Shown: positions 19,589 through 30,420, counted from the first letter of the stretch. The stretch is 64,000 nt of DNA from a virus (IMGVR_UViG_3300031553_000354:1-64000), one strand, 5' to 3'. A program made the numbers and translations. The notes: a model not told the origin generated them from the sequence alone.

Positions 19589-20440
19589 ATGCCACAAAAT
19601 CTTGATCAAAAAATAAAACGGGCACATGACGAAGTGCTCTATCCCACTGTATTAGTTAGAACAAAAAATGCGAGTGGTTCGGGAACCGTTCTTTATTCGA
19701 AACTAAAAGATGAATCTAAATCAGAATATGAAACATATGTTTTGACAAATCATCATGTTATTGATGATTGTATTAAAGTTTCGAAAGAATGGGATCCAAT
19801 GTTGGAAGCGGAAATAAAAAAAGAAACTAGATCAACTGTCAATGTTGAATTTTATCGATATAAACATTATTCAAGATGCATTGGAAGGTTTTCCGTTGAA
19901 GGCGATATAGTTACCTATAATAAGGATTATGACGTTGCTTTGCTAAAACTGCGTTCAGTAGAAAAAGTAGCTTCCGTCGCGCATTTATATTTGTCTGACA
20001 TAAAAGATATTCATGTCTTTGATAAAGTCGTAGCTTGTGGCTGCCAATTAGCACATCCTCCAATCCATACTCGCGGAGAAATTATGTATATGGATGATGA
20101 AATTGAAAATTACAATTTTTGGCTTTCCAATGCCCAAATTATATTTGGTTCGAGTGGCGGAGGAATTTATCTTGACAAAAATGGTAAACATGAATTTATC
20201 GGAATTCCATCTCGCATAGCAATTAGTGGATGGGATGATGCTGTCACCCATATGGGATATTTTATTCCCATAGATCGAATATTTAGTTGGCTTAAAGAAG
20301 AATTTTATCATTTTATTTACGATTCGAAGGTAGATGCCAAAAAATGTGAAAAATTACGGGAAAAGAAAAAGTTGGCAATGAAGAAATCATATCTGGAAAA
20401 GCAAAAATCGGAATTAAATGACGATGACGAAGATGAATAA
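19589..20440 (+). CDS. trypsin-like (S1) serine protease
   Basis: GSGTV, LTNHHV (His), DVALL (Asp), FGSSGGG (Ser). Confidence 0.9.
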   Translation: MPQNLDQKIKRAHDEVLYPTVLVRTKNASGSGTVLYSKLKDESKSEYETYVLTNHHVIDDCIKVSKEWDPMLEAEIKKETRSTVNVEFYRYKHYSRCIGRFSVEGDIVTYNKDYDVALLKLRSVEKVASVAHLYLSDIKDIHVFDKVVACGCQLAHPPIHTRGEIMYMDDEIENYNFWLSNAQIIFGSSGGGIYLDKNGKHEFIGIPSRIAISGWDDAVTHMGYFIPIDRIFSWLKEEFYHFIYDSKVDAKKCEKLREKKKLAMKKSYLEKQKSELNDDDEDE

Positions 20441-20649
20441 TGAAATTCAGATTTGCTAAAAGAATATGTAATTGGGAATTGCTAACGATTGATGTCCCGG
20501 GTGAAAATTGTACGGTCGAAAAATTTTTTGATTCGCTCAATTTGTCTATTGAAGATTGGGATGTTTTCATAAATGGCTTACCAACATCTCCTGAAAATAT
20601 TTTAAAAGAAACAGATAATATTGTTTTGCTTTCAAAACTTGGTATATAA
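20440..20649 (+). CDS. MoaD/ThiS-like beta-grasp (ubiquitin-like) protein lacking C-terminal Gly-Gly
   Basis: TVEKFFDSL...VFING...ILKETDNIVLL, ends LGI. Confidence 0.65.
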   Translation: MKFRFAKRICNWELLTIDVPGENCTVEKFFDSLNLSIEDWDVFINGLPTSPENILKETDNIVLLSKLGI

Positions 20650-22530
20650 ATGTCATTTGAAAAATCAGAAGCTAGAAAAAAATTAACATTATTAAAAAGT
20701 TTAACTCCAGAACAATTAAAATCCGCGAAATTAACACAGCGCGATATAGATTATCTTGAAACATTGTTGGATCCAATAAAATGGGTAAAAACGAATCTTA
20801 AAAATCCAGAGGATCCGACCAAAAATTTTGTACCTTATGTGACCCAAGAATATATTATTTCAGAGGAAGCATCTAAAGTTGCAGTGCGAACTTCAAGGCG
20901 TACTGGAAAAACCGTAGGTATAGCAGCAAAAGCAATTTATTTAGCTTATACTGAACCCAATACTCCAATTTTATTTGTAGCTCCGTATCAAGCTCAAATC
21001 CAAGAAATTTTTAGAGACATACAATTATTAATTTCGGATACACCTCTGCGAGATTCAGTAAAACGTTCCATAGAACATCCTTTCTATCAAATTCATTTAA
21101 AAAATGGCTCTACTCTGTTTGGAATGACTGCTGGAGCCAAATCAAGCAGAAGAGGCACGGTTGTTCGAGGGCAAGGAGCAAAATATCTTTTTCTTGATGA
21201 ATTTGATTTTCTTCCGGAAGATGCCATTGCAGCAACATTGATCATTATGAAATCTAGAAAAGATTCTCATCTGTTTGTTACATCCAATCCATCCGGAGCT
21301 CGTTCATATTTTTATCAATGGTGTACATTTCCGGAAAAGCATGGATTTGCCACCAGACATTTTGGAAAAAAATACATACCAAATTGGACTGAAGAAGATG
21401 ATAAATTTTACAAGGAAAACTATTCCACAAATGCTTGGTATAGAGAGATCCTTGGAGAATTTGGCGAAGAAATGGTCGGAGTATTTCCACATCGATTTAT
21501 AGACCTTTCATTGTTTGAATATGATCATAACATGTTGGCGTATAATCAACAAAACGCATATGTCTTAGGAGTAGATTGGAATGCATCCCAAATAGGAACA
21601 AAAATAGTTATTTTGGAATATATCAAGAACAAAGTTCCAACTCAATCAGATAAATTATTTTTGAAAACTATTAATGGAACAAGGGATGAATTAAATCGGC
21701 AGGAAAAAGTTAAAAAATACGACAGGCTATCTTGGGATTATTTTGTGAATAAATATCGCGTATTTAGAATATATTCAATTGAAGGCCAGCAGTACACGCA
21801 GACCGCCGCCGTTGATAAAATTCTTCGGTTATATAAAGAATATGATCCGGCATTTATCTATGTTGATCAAGGATATGGAGACGTCCAAATTGAATTATTG
21901 CTGAAAAAAGCTGTCGAATGGAAAGACAAAGCACTTGCAAAAAAGATTGTTGGATGCAATTTTAGCAGCACTATAGATGTCAAAGATCCATGGTCAAATA
22001 AACCGGTGAAAAAACGCCTTAAAAATTTTATGGTTAACTTGTCCGTACGAACCCTCGAAGGATATCAACTTGCTCTTCCTTATTCGGAAGACAATAAAGG
22101 GCTATTGATCGGCCAAATGAGAGATTATCGTGTTACAAAAGAAGGTCCAACTCCAACATATTCTTCTGAAAATGATCATTATTTGGATGCTCTTATGTTA
22201 GCAATTCTGGGATTTGAATCTAACTTTGGCGAACTTTCTTCTATTGGTAGAAAAAATGAACCAATTAAGATTCGAAAGTCGCGACTTCCTGTTATGGTAC
22301 AGCCAAAACAAAAGGAAAATAAAATTATGTGCCCCGCCACTCATAGTGGGTTATTGAAACCGTTTGCTGATGAAATGGGGCTTCCATATGAATATAAAGA
22401 AGGCACCATACCGGATCTCACATCAAAGCCACGATCAAAAACAAAAGTGAAACAATTTGCAAAACCATTTAGACGAAGATTCACGGGAATTCAAAGGAAA
22501 AAATGGCCACATTCTCGTTTAATGCCATAA
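20650..22530 (+). CDS. terL: terminase large subunit
   Basis: Walker A SRRTGKT, RGQG, Walker B FLDEFD, SNPSG, RNase H domain LGVDWN...YVDQGYG...DHYLDAL. Confidence 0.95.
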   Translation: MSFEKSEARKKLTLLKSLTPEQLKSAKLTQRDIDYLETLLDPIKWVKTNLKNPEDPTKNFVPYVTQEYIISEEASKVAVRTSRRTGKTVGIAAKAIYLAYTEPNTPILFVAPYQAQIQEIFRDIQLLISDTPLRDSVKRSIEHPFYQIHLKNGSTLFGMTAGAKSSRRGTVVRGQGAKYLFLDEFDFLPEDAIAATLIIMKSRKDSHLFVTSNPSGARSYFYQWCTFPEKHGFATRHFGKKYIPNWTEEDDKFYKENYSTNAWYREILGEFGEEMVGVFPHRFIDLSLFEYDHNMLAYNQQNAYVLGVDWNASQIGTKIVILEYIKNKVPTQSDKLFLKTINGTRDELNRQEKVKKYDRLSWDYFVNKYRVFRIYSIEGQQYTQTAAVDKILRLYKEYDPAFIYVDQGYGDVQIELLLKKAVEWKDKALAKKIVGCNFSSTIDVKDPWSNKPVKKRLKNFMVNLSVRTLEGYQLALPYSEDNKGLLIGQMRDYRVTKEGPTPTYSSENDHYLDALMLAILGFESNFGELSSIGRKNEPIKIRKSRLPVMVQPKQKENKIMCPATHSGLLKPFADEMGLPYEYKEGTIPDLTSKPRSKTKVKQFAKPFRRRFTGIQRKKWPHSRLMP

Positions 22531-24461
22531 TTAATGCGATTAAGTCTTTCAGAAAAGATCCGGAGTATAGAAAGAAAAATACTCTTGGAGAAGAATCTGA
22601 ACGGAAAAAGCGAGTTACAGAAGGAAACAAAAAAGAAATTACCAGATTAATAAGTCCTTCTGTGAAAACTGTCCATTTGGGTATGGACGAATCGCCGTCA
22701 GAAATAAATAAAAAGCGAGAAGCCGAAAAACGCACAGCCAAAATAAACACCGCTAAATGGCTAATCAAATCTATTGATGACAAATTTAGTGATATAGATA
22801 AGCTAATTAATGATAGCGTATCTTCTGAAGGTGCACAATTTTACATATTATTTGATTCTGATAAATATCCATTAGTATCTGATGCGGTTTCATTTTTCAG
22901 CGATGGACAAAAAAACAACTTTATTGACTGGGATATGTATAATAGAGCCAAAGACAATTATTTTATTGAATTAAGAAGGACCGGAAAGCAGTATTCGAAA
23001 GCAATGCGCGAGGGCGGTTCTACCGTGATGTCAATTACACAACAAAGCGATAAAATTAAAAAAACTAACGTGATATTATTGGCATTTAAAGTTTTATTGG
23101 AACATCTAGAAAAATGGTTTTGGGGACTTCCAATTGTCGAGCAAATATGTAAAATTAAAGTTGCGGGAAAGCGATTGTTTAAATGTGACAAAAAAAGAAG
23201 TGCATATACTGGGCGAAATGGACAATTATATATTCCAAAATCTTACGTTACAAGCACAAGTTTGCAAGACGCGGGATTACTTATTTCCAATGCCAAGTAT
23301 ATATTAGAATATGTGCGGGGCGCGGCTTCGGGAGATGAGCAATATATTGAAGCCGAATGGGGGAAAAATAAACAAGTTTTTTTAATTAGTTATCTTCTTG
23401 AACCCACCAAAATGGTTTTTACCAATTCTGTTCATATAGCTTCTGGAATAACAGATGATGATCGAATAACTACTATTGGATCTCAATCTTTATTTTATTC
23501 GCCGGAATTACAAAAAGCTACAGCCAAAATTTCCGCAGATACTAAGGATCTGGAATTGCTTTTGCATGGTGAATATTTAGAGGAATTAGATAGAATATTG
23601 GGTAGAATTATCAAGATATTGCATGGATGGTATTTGGATCCGAGAACGTATTGTTGCCTAATTAATGCATTTGGCGGAATTAATCGAGCCGTGCCGGAAT
23701 GGTTAAAGACTATTAAATATGTTTTAGTTGCCGGAATGGTTTTCTGTGAATTAGAAATGGACTTAAATGAAAAGAAGTTAACAAATATTCTGAATCTATT
23801 AGTTACAAGCGCGATTGGTTCTATAATTAATTCATTAGGGAATTTTCTCAAAGGTTGGGTCAAGAAAAATGAAGTAAAGTTTATGAAATCTTTTTTGGCC
23901 GAAAAATCAAAATTCATGAAATGTTTGCCATTTGATCAATTGATAACGGAATTCGGTTTTTTCTTTGATGAAATGATTAATGATTTGGAAAATCTTTTGA
24001 GACAATATACGGAATATCTTACAATTTCAAATCTAAATTTTGGAATTTATGTAAATGATATAGAACGAAAACAGCGGCTCCAAGTATTGTACGAATTTGT
24101 AGATCGATTTATTAATGCATGGGATTGGGGTTATATATGTTCAGAGAATATTTCGAAATCGGATATAAGATCAACAATTGATAAAGAAAGATATGATCCT
24201 CCAAAAACCGAAGCCGATATAACAATATATGACAAAGATGCAGATGGAAATTTTACAGCCGAGAAAGCTGCGATACAGCCATTCGTATCCAAACGCGAAG
24301 CAAATTATTTTCTAAAGCACGTTTTAAATATTGATCAAGCTGTGGTTGATGAAGTCATGGCAATATATGAAGATCCAGTTCAAATTGCGAAATGCATGGA
24401 GGGATGGACAGAAGGTGATGTCCAAGCTCTGAAAGCCCAATTGAATAAAATTATAAAATGA
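22503..24461 (+). CDS. hypothetical protein between terminase and portal
   Basis: 652-aa helical ORF with no recognised motif. Confidence 0.7.
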   Translation: MATFSFNAIINAIKSFRKDPEYRKKNTLGEESERKKRVTEGNKKEITRLISPSVKTVHLGMDESPSEINKKREAEKRTAKINTAKWLIKSIDDKFSDIDKLINDSVSSEGAQFYILFDSDKYPLVSDAVSFFSDGQKNNFIDWDMYNRAKDNYFIELRRTGKQYSKAMREGGSTVMSITQQSDKIKKTNVILLAFKVLLEHLEKWFWGLPIVEQICKIKVAGKRLFKCDKKRSAYTGRNGQLYIPKSYVTSTSLQDAGLLISNAKYILEYVRGAASGDEQYIEAEWGKNKQVFLISYLLEPTKMVFTNSVHIASGITDDDRITTIGSQSLFYSPELQKATAKISADTKDLELLLHGEYLEELDRILGRIIKILHGWYLDPRTYCCLINAFGGINRAVPEWLKTIKYVLVAGMVFCELEMDLNEKKLTNILNLLVTSAIGSIINSLGNFLKGWVKKNEVKFMKSFLAEKSKFMKCLPFDQLITEFGFFFDEMINDLENLLRQYTEYLTISNLNFGIYVNDIERKQRLQVLYEFVDRFINAWDWGYICSENISKSDIRSTIDKERYDPPKTEADITIYDKDADGNFTAEKAAIQPFVSKREANYFLKHVLNIDQAVVDEVMAIYEDPVQIAKCMEGWTEGDVQALKAQLNKIIK

Positions 24462-24622
24462 ATAAATTTAATCAGGACAATAATCAAAATTATTATTTAA
24501 ATTTTAAAGAAACAACACGATTTTTGTTGCGAAAGTGAATGATCTGTTAAATAATACTAATGAATTGACGAAAAATTGGTCTATTCAAATATTTGGTACC
24601 AAATTTGGAATAGGAGCCACGT

Positions 24623-26047
24623 ATTAAAAAATTCTTTGTTTTCAATCCAAAACAAAAAATCCGTGACAAAGTAAGAACGAGACAATCTGCAGTCGGGAAA
24701 TTTCTGTATGCTCTCGCAAACAGATTCCAGCGAACTAAATTTGAATCTCCAGAATATAATTTTTTTATCATTAGGGATGCTCTTAATGAGGAAAGCTTGT
24801 TCCGGAGAGCTGTTGATAAATATCAAGAGCAAATCTGGAAAAATGGCTGGAAATTCACAGGGAAAAATTCAAGAACTCTCAAATTGGTAAAAAAGAGATT
24901 TCGGGAAATGGAAGTTGTCACCGGCATTTCCATTCAGGAATTATTTGAAAGAATAAGCCGGCAATTAATAACATTTTCGAATTGCATGGTCATCAAGGTT
25001 AGAAACAAGAATTCTACCTCAGCTCACGCTTACAGAACATTTGATGGAAAATTGCGCCAACCGGTGGCCGCATATTTTGTTCAGCCTATGGAATATATGC
25101 AGATTCATCGGGACGAAGCAGGAAATATTAAGAAATATAGACTGGGTTCAGATCCTGACAAAGACTGGATACCAGAAGATGTTATACATATATTAGTTCA
25201 TAAACACGAAGGCTATGCATTCGGAACTCCGATGGTTGTCCCTGTGATGGATGATATCCTATCACTGAGACAAGTTGAAGAAAATCTTCAAGTCCTGGTG
25301 TTCCAGCACGCCATACCTCTTTATCATTTTATAATTGGCACCGAAGCGGAAGAAGGACATACTGATGAAATTGACGAACTGAACGCCCAAGTTGAGCAGA
25401 TGCCCACTTATGGCTCTCTTACAACTACCAATAGAGTAAAGATTGATGTGTTAGGTGCGCGGCGGGAATCCATGGATTTAGAGCCCATACTTGATTATTG
25501 GATGAATAGAGTTTTGGGTGGATTTGGAATGTCAAGTGTTTCTTTTGGTCGTCCTGATACCGCAAATAGAGGCACTGCAACCACTGTAATTAAAGAATTT
25601 CAAACGACCACCGCGATGTTTCAAAGAGCTATTAAACATGCGGTGGAATTTCATATAATCCGTGAAATCTTGGAAGAAGCCGGATATAATTACTTAACTC
25701 TTAAGGATCGTGATAGAGTTGAACTTTATATACCGGAAGTGGACCTCGACGAACAAATAAAGAGAGAGGTTCATGAAGCATATAAATACGAACATAATTC
25801 GATTAGCGAAGCCGAAATGCGAATTGGATTAGGGATGGATCCCATCGATGATGAGAATCGGAAATATATGTATACATGGCTCGTAAGAATTCCATTGGCA
25901 TTGGTTGGCTCCGGAGATGAAACATTGGCATCTTACCCTAGTCTTGCCGAAATTTATGGACTTGGCTCGAAAGAGACCAATAATCTCGAATCCCCCTCTA
26001 ACCAACATGGAACAAAACCCGTCAAGGGGAAGCCAAAAAATGATTGA
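24623..26047 (+). CDS. portal protein (probable ATT start at 24623; ORF track starts at TTG 24797)
   Basis: Lies between TerL and the protease. Portal-like EDVIHI...AFGTP...DDILSLRQVEEN and ISEAEMRIGLGMDP. Frame is open upstream to 24614. Confidence 0.85.
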   Translation: MKKFFVFNPKQKIRDKVRTRQSAVGKFLYALANRFQRTKFESPEYNFFIIRDALNEESLFRRAVDKYQEQIWKNGWKFTGKNSRTLKLVKKRFREMEVVTGISIQELFERISRQLITFSNCMVIKVRNKNSTSAHAYRTFDGKLRQPVAAYFVQPMEYMQIHRDEAGNIKKYRLGSDPDKDWIPEDVIHILVHKHEGYAFGTPMVVPVMDDILSLRQVEENLQVLVFQHAIPLYHFIIGTEAEEGHTDEIDELNAQVEQMPTYGSLTTTNRVKIDVLGARRESMDLEPILDYWMNRVLGGFGMSSVSFGRPDTANRGTATTVIKEFQTTTAMFQRAIKHAVEFHIIREILEEAGYNYLTLKDRDRVELYIPEVDLDEQIKREVHEAYKYEHNSISEAEMRIGLGMDPIDDENRKYMYTWLVRIPLALVGSGDETLASYPSLAEIYGLGSKETNNLESPSNQHGTKPVKGKPKND

Positions 26048-26101
26048 AAAACGAAACTCAAAAACAATTAACCTATTCTATTAAGGAGGTGAGATAGCGA
26101 A

Positions 26102-27676
26102 TTGTTTATCAGAGAATCTTACAGGTTTGGTAAGGATCACATTGTTCGTGCGAAATCCAGTGTTAAGGTAGCCGACGGGGTCTACCCGGATCGACTCCGA
26201 GTTAGGGTACCTGGCACTCATGGTGGATTCGTTAATAAAAATGGATATTTTTATAAAGTTGACGGCATGAAGGAGGCTTATAAATCTTGGGTGTCCCCAT
26301 ATAAAAAACCAGTATTAATTGGTCATGGTGATAATGAAGATCCAATAGGTCGAGTTGTTGCCGCCACACTAGTAGAAGATGATCCCATGGATTATGTAAA
26401 TAAATTTGGACGAACGGATAATATTCCTGCCGCCCATATAGATATGGAACTCGAAATTACAGATCAGGAAAGCATCAAAAAGATATTGGATGGTATATAT
26501 CTTACTGTTTCTCAAGGGGCGGATTGTGACGATGTAAGATGTTCAATTTGTGACCAAGATATTGCTGAAGAAGGCCCGTGCGACCATAAAAGAGGAAAAG
26601 TCTATGACGGCGAATTAGCATATTGGGTTTTCGGACCTTTGAACTATCAAGAACTCAGTATTGTCAATGTCCCTTCTGACGAGTTTGCTATCCTGGAACC
26701 TGTAAAAAATACTAATATGGAAAAACACGAAGTTATGACATTTCAGCCATTAGCAATGGATATGAATTGCGGTTTGGAATTCATAACGGTTAAAGATTCA
26801 AAGGAGGCCAAATCAGTGGCTAAGGAGACTCCGCGTTTCGATGATTGGACTGACGAAGATCTGAAGCTGTGCCAGGAAGTGTGGAAGCAGGTTGACGAAT
26901 TCCTGATGGATGGTCTAGATGAGGAAGATAAGAAACTCACGACCGCCACAAGGAAGAAGTTGCCCGCCAATGTATTTTGCGGACCAGATAGATCTTTTCC
27001 AGTTAATGATTGCATTCACTATCGTGTGGCCAAAACATATCTCGGAAGATATAAAGGGCCCGGCGATAAGAAGAAAATCCTAGCTTGTATTGAACGACGT
27101 GGTAAACTCCTGGGCTGCGGAAAATGGGCAAAGAAAGATGAACTTTTGGATCAGGTCAATGAAGAAATAAGACCCTTTGTAGAAGAAAATTTCGTTGCGA
27201 AAGACGAACTGGTTGATCTGAATGAAAAGTTCGAGGATGTTTCCGCAAAACAAAAAGAGTCTACCAAAGAAGTAGAAACAAAACAAGCTAAGATTGAAGA
27301 ATTCGAAAAACAGGTAGGCGAGTTCGAGGATAAGAAAAAGGAATATGAGTCCAAAGTCAAAGATTCCTTAGCTGGGAGGATTATAGATATCCGAATTCTC
27401 TTTGGCGAGTATCAGTTTACCGAGGAAGACAAGAAAGAACAATATAAAACGTGGCGCGATGCCTTGTCAGAGAGAACTAATGAATCTTTGCAGGATACAT
27501 TGATTGATCTACAAAATAAGATGTTTTCCGAAAAATTAGAGCCAGTTGTAGATCCCGGCGCTCATATTGTGGACAACAATGGCAAACCTATCAAAAAAGT
27601 AGAAAAACCAAAACAATTTGATTCTAATCAAGATTTCCTACATTTTTATTTGTATGGAAAAAAACTAAAAGAATAA
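26102..27676 (+). CDS. prohead protease / scaffold fusion with DUF6582-like insert
   Basis: KPVLIGH...DPIGRV, VSQGA, CSIC...CDH, ELSIVNVPSD; LTTATRKKLPANVFCGPDRSFP; acidic coiled-coil C-terminus. AGGAGGTG SD, TTG start. Confidence 0.88.
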   Translation: MFIRESYRFGKDHIVRAKSSVKVADGVYPDRLRVRVPGTHGGFVNKNGYFYKVDGMKEAYKSWVSPYKKPVLIGHGDNEDPIGRVVAATLVEDDPMDYVNKFGRTDNIPAAHIDMELEITDQESIKKILDGIYLTVSQGADCDDVRCSICDQDIAEEGPCDHKRGKVYDGELAYWVFGPLNYQELSIVNVPSDEFAILEPVKNTNMEKHEVMTFQPLAMDMNCGLEFITVKDSKEAKSVAKETPRFDDWTDEDLKLCQEVWKQVDEFLMDGLDEEDKKLTTATRKKLPANVFCGPDRSFPVNDCIHYRVAKTYLGRYKGPGDKKKILACIERRGKLLGCGKWAKKDELLDQVNEEIRPFVEENFVAKDELVDLNEKFEDVSAKQKESTKEVETKQAKIEEFEKQVGEFEDKKKEYESKVKDSLAGRIIDIRILFGEYQFTEEDKKEQYKTWRDALSERTNESLQDTLIDLQNKMFSEKLEPVVDPGAHIVDNNGKPIKKVEKPKQFDSNQDFLHFYLYGKKLKE

Positions 27677-27707
27677 AATTTAATTATTAAAAGGAGGAAA
27701 GCTAGTA

Positions 27708-29018
27708 ATGTCCTTACTCGATTTCCCAGGAAATAGATCAAGAAATATTCCTGCACGGCGAAGGCCAGATAAATATGCGGAAAGTCAGATACGTCCGAAT
27801 ATTTTGACTTCGCCTGGAATTTTTGCTGATCGCCCATTCCCTCCTTACAAATATCTGCCTGTGATGTTTAAAGACGTCACGACCGAAGATTATGTTGCAA
27901 TACTCAAAGGAACTATTGTTTCTTGTTTGTCCAACATGAGTTCGGATCCGAAGTATAATTTTACGGATGAGGCGGGTTTGTCAGGGAAATTTGATCTCAT
28001 GACACCATCTGGCTGTGCCGATGAAGGCCATATTTATACAGGCCTTGGTGCAAACAATGTCATGAGGCAAGCAGGCGTAGATAGTTCTTACTGGGGCTAT
28101 GAGGACAGCATGGCTGGTTTACTCGTTCCTTGTAATGGAGGATTCAATTCCCAAACAGCGTATACTGCTGATGACGTTTTGGCCACAAGTATTAATGTTT
28201 CTGGTACTGTGATCACCACGGTTAATGTCGCCGCTGAATATACACTTCCTTTGGAAGCCAATTTCCCAATCGGTGTTACATATCAGGATGTGTACGCAGA
28301 TATTGATGGAAAATGGTTGAATTATGATTTGAATCCGAAATCAAATTGGGGCGTTGTATTCGATCATGTTATCTCAATTCCCTATGTGGATAACTATCAA
28401 TTGATTCATGGTGAAGGCGCGAAGCCATCTTGGACCAGAAATTGCTATGTGAATGACCAGAATTTCGATGGATCATGGCCATGGCAAACTGATGCAGCAA
28501 ATCCAACTTTGCATAATATCTATGAAAGTCTCAGACGGGAATTTGCATTCCTGTATTCTCCCCTTTTGAGTGACTACTTGCAGACTGATGATGCAGCGGA
28601 AACGGCATTGCTTTATAAGATGCTGCGTCCGGGAAGCGCATTGACCTCTGATAGATTTGGAAAGTTTGTCCTATTGGACTGTTATGGTACAGATGACGTT
28701 TCACGTACAGAAAGAGGTCCAAGGCCAGCCTTAGATTTTTATTTCTGTCCGCCTTATCACTTTGTTGGAAAGCTTATCACTACCGATTGTAAATTTCCTA
28801 AATCCAGGTTGGATACTGTAGATACATATCCAGGTTCTGGCTTGACGGGAACTGAAACCGGTGGAATAGATTATCATCTATATCAATTTGCATATACTAT
28901 ACTGACTGCGTGCATCTCTGCTAATAGTTTGAGTGAATCTCCGACTATTGAAGATGTCGTAAATTTCATAAAATGCGGTACTGTAGGCATGGCCTACATT
29001 AACCTTCAAGTAGCTTAA
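27708..29018 (+). CDS. capsid-associated structural (decoration) protein
   Basis: Between scaffold and MCP, strong SD. Confidence 0.6.
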   Translation: MSLLDFPGNRSRNIPARRRPDKYAESQIRPNILTSPGIFADRPFPPYKYLPVMFKDVTTEDYVAILKGTIVSCLSNMSSDPKYNFTDEAGLSGKFDLMTPSGCADEGHIYTGLGANNVMRQAGVDSSYWGYEDSMAGLLVPCNGGFNSQTAYTADDVLATSINVSGTVITTVNVAAEYTLPLEANFPIGVTYQDVYADIDGKWLNYDLNPKSNWGVVFDHVISIPYVDNYQLIHGEGAKPSWTRNCYVNDQNFDGSWPWQTDAANPTLHNIYESLRREFAFLYSPLLSDYLQTDDAAETALLYKMLRPGSALTSDRFGKFVLLDCYGTDDVSRTERGPRPALDFYFCPPYHFVGKLITTDCKFPKSRLDTVDTYPGSGLTGTETGGIDYHLYQFAYTILTACISANSLSESPTIEDVVNFIKCGTVGMAYINLQVA

Positions 29019-29032
29019 GGAGGCTAGCAATA

Positions 29033-30406
29033 ATGTCCATAAAGACATTAGATAAATTGATCCTTACTGACGATGAACGGAAACTGCTTGCCAAGGATCA
29101 AGAGATTACGGAGAATATATATCGCATCTTTACAAATGATGGATATATAGTTGATGCTGGCTTCTCTCAGAAGGTTACGATCAAAGACCTTTTGACATTA
29201 CCGGATGTCCAAAGGTTCGTACCTCAAGTTGTTATCAGAATTCTTCACGAAGCTCGGGAACCCGCGCTTGTTATTTCGACTATATTTGATAGGGTTCGAC
29301 TTGAGAGAGGTCAGACTATTCAAATCGGAGCTATTGGCGCAATATCTGTTCACGAAGTGCCCGAAGGTGGAGAATACCAGCCATCTGATATCGTATATGA
29401 CTCCGGGAATATGGTAGGACTTTCTGTCAGAAAATATGGAACTTTACTCCAGTTTACTGAGGAAATGTTCGAAGATTCCCAATGGGATGTCATAGGACTT
29501 TGGTTGAGGGCAGCTGGTCGTGCTTTTGCTCGGAATAGAGAACAAAGGGCGTCTCTGCTTTTGAATGAACAGGGAGTTGTATATTTCGATAATCGCACAC
29601 CTGGTACTGCTATTTCAGGCGTGACCCACGGTAGAAATATTGCGGGTGTCGCAAATGGTAGTGTTACAGCGAACGATGTATTCGATATGTATGCATTTCT
29701 TGCTATGAGAGGCTTTGTACCTGATACTCTTCTGATTCATCCGTTGGCTTGGGCGGTTTTCGCAACCGATCCTGAAATGAAAGAAGTGGTCCTGGAAAAT
29801 GGACGGCTTACTTCTAGAAGGATGCCAGAAGGTGGACCAGATCCGGGTTGGGGAACAGAGTTGAATAAGCTTGGATGGAGAACCACAGCCGAAGGTCTTG
29901 GTTTAGGTTCTACCACCGGAGCAGGCATTGCATATGCGGGTGCGCCCGCTGCTGCTAATGTTCCCCCAGGCCTTGCAGCGCTAGGAAAGATTGGATCTTA
30001 TCCATATACTGCAAATTTAAGTGCCCTTGGGGCCACATTCAATGTCCAACCCCGCTATCTGCCCGGTCCTTTGACCGTTCTTGTATCTCCATTTGTTCCG
30101 TTTACTGCATCGATCAGCGCAACTGGTAATGAGAATACTGTTCCTACATGTTCGCTGATCATGTTGGATTCCAGCGCAGTTGGCGCTTTCATCGAAAAAA
30201 CTCCATTGACCACTGAAGAATTCAACGACCCATTGAGAGATACCCGGAGCATGAAGCTAAGAGAACGTTGGGGATTGGCACTCTATGAGCAAGGTAAAGG
30301 CGTCGTGATTGCTAAGAATGTTGTTGTTACTAGACATTATAACTTCCAAAATACACATAATGTGACTTTGGGTGAAATCAACGACAGAACTGCAATCGTG
30401 TCATAA
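29033..30406 (+). CDS. major capsid protein (HK97 fold)
   Basis: EVPEGGEY, KYGTLLQFTEEMFEDSQWDVI, PDTLLIHPLAW, KLRERWG. Followed by a hairpin. Confidence 0.9.
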   Translation: MSIKTLDKLILTDDERKLLAKDQEITENIYRIFTNDGYIVDAGFSQKVTIKDLLTLPDVQRFVPQVVIRILHEAREPALVISTIFDRVRLERGQTIQIGAIGAISVHEVPEGGEYQPSDIVYDSGNMVGLSVRKYGTLLQFTEEMFEDSQWDVIGLWLRAAGRAFARNREQRASLLLNEQGVVYFDNRTPGTAISGVTHGRNIAGVANGSVTANDVFDMYAFLAMRGFVPDTLLIHPLAWAVFATDPEMKEVVLENGRLTSRRMPEGGPDPGWGTELNKLGWRTTAEGLGLGSTTGAGIAYAGAPAAANVPPGLAALGKIGSYPYTANLSALGATFNVQPRYLPGPLTVLVSPFVPFTASISATGNENTVPTCSLIMLDSSAVGAFIEKTPLTTEEFNDPLRDTRSMKLRERWGLALYEQGKGVVIAKNVVVTRHYNFQNTHNVTLGEINDRTAIVS

Positions 30407-30420
30407 CCATAATGGTAATT

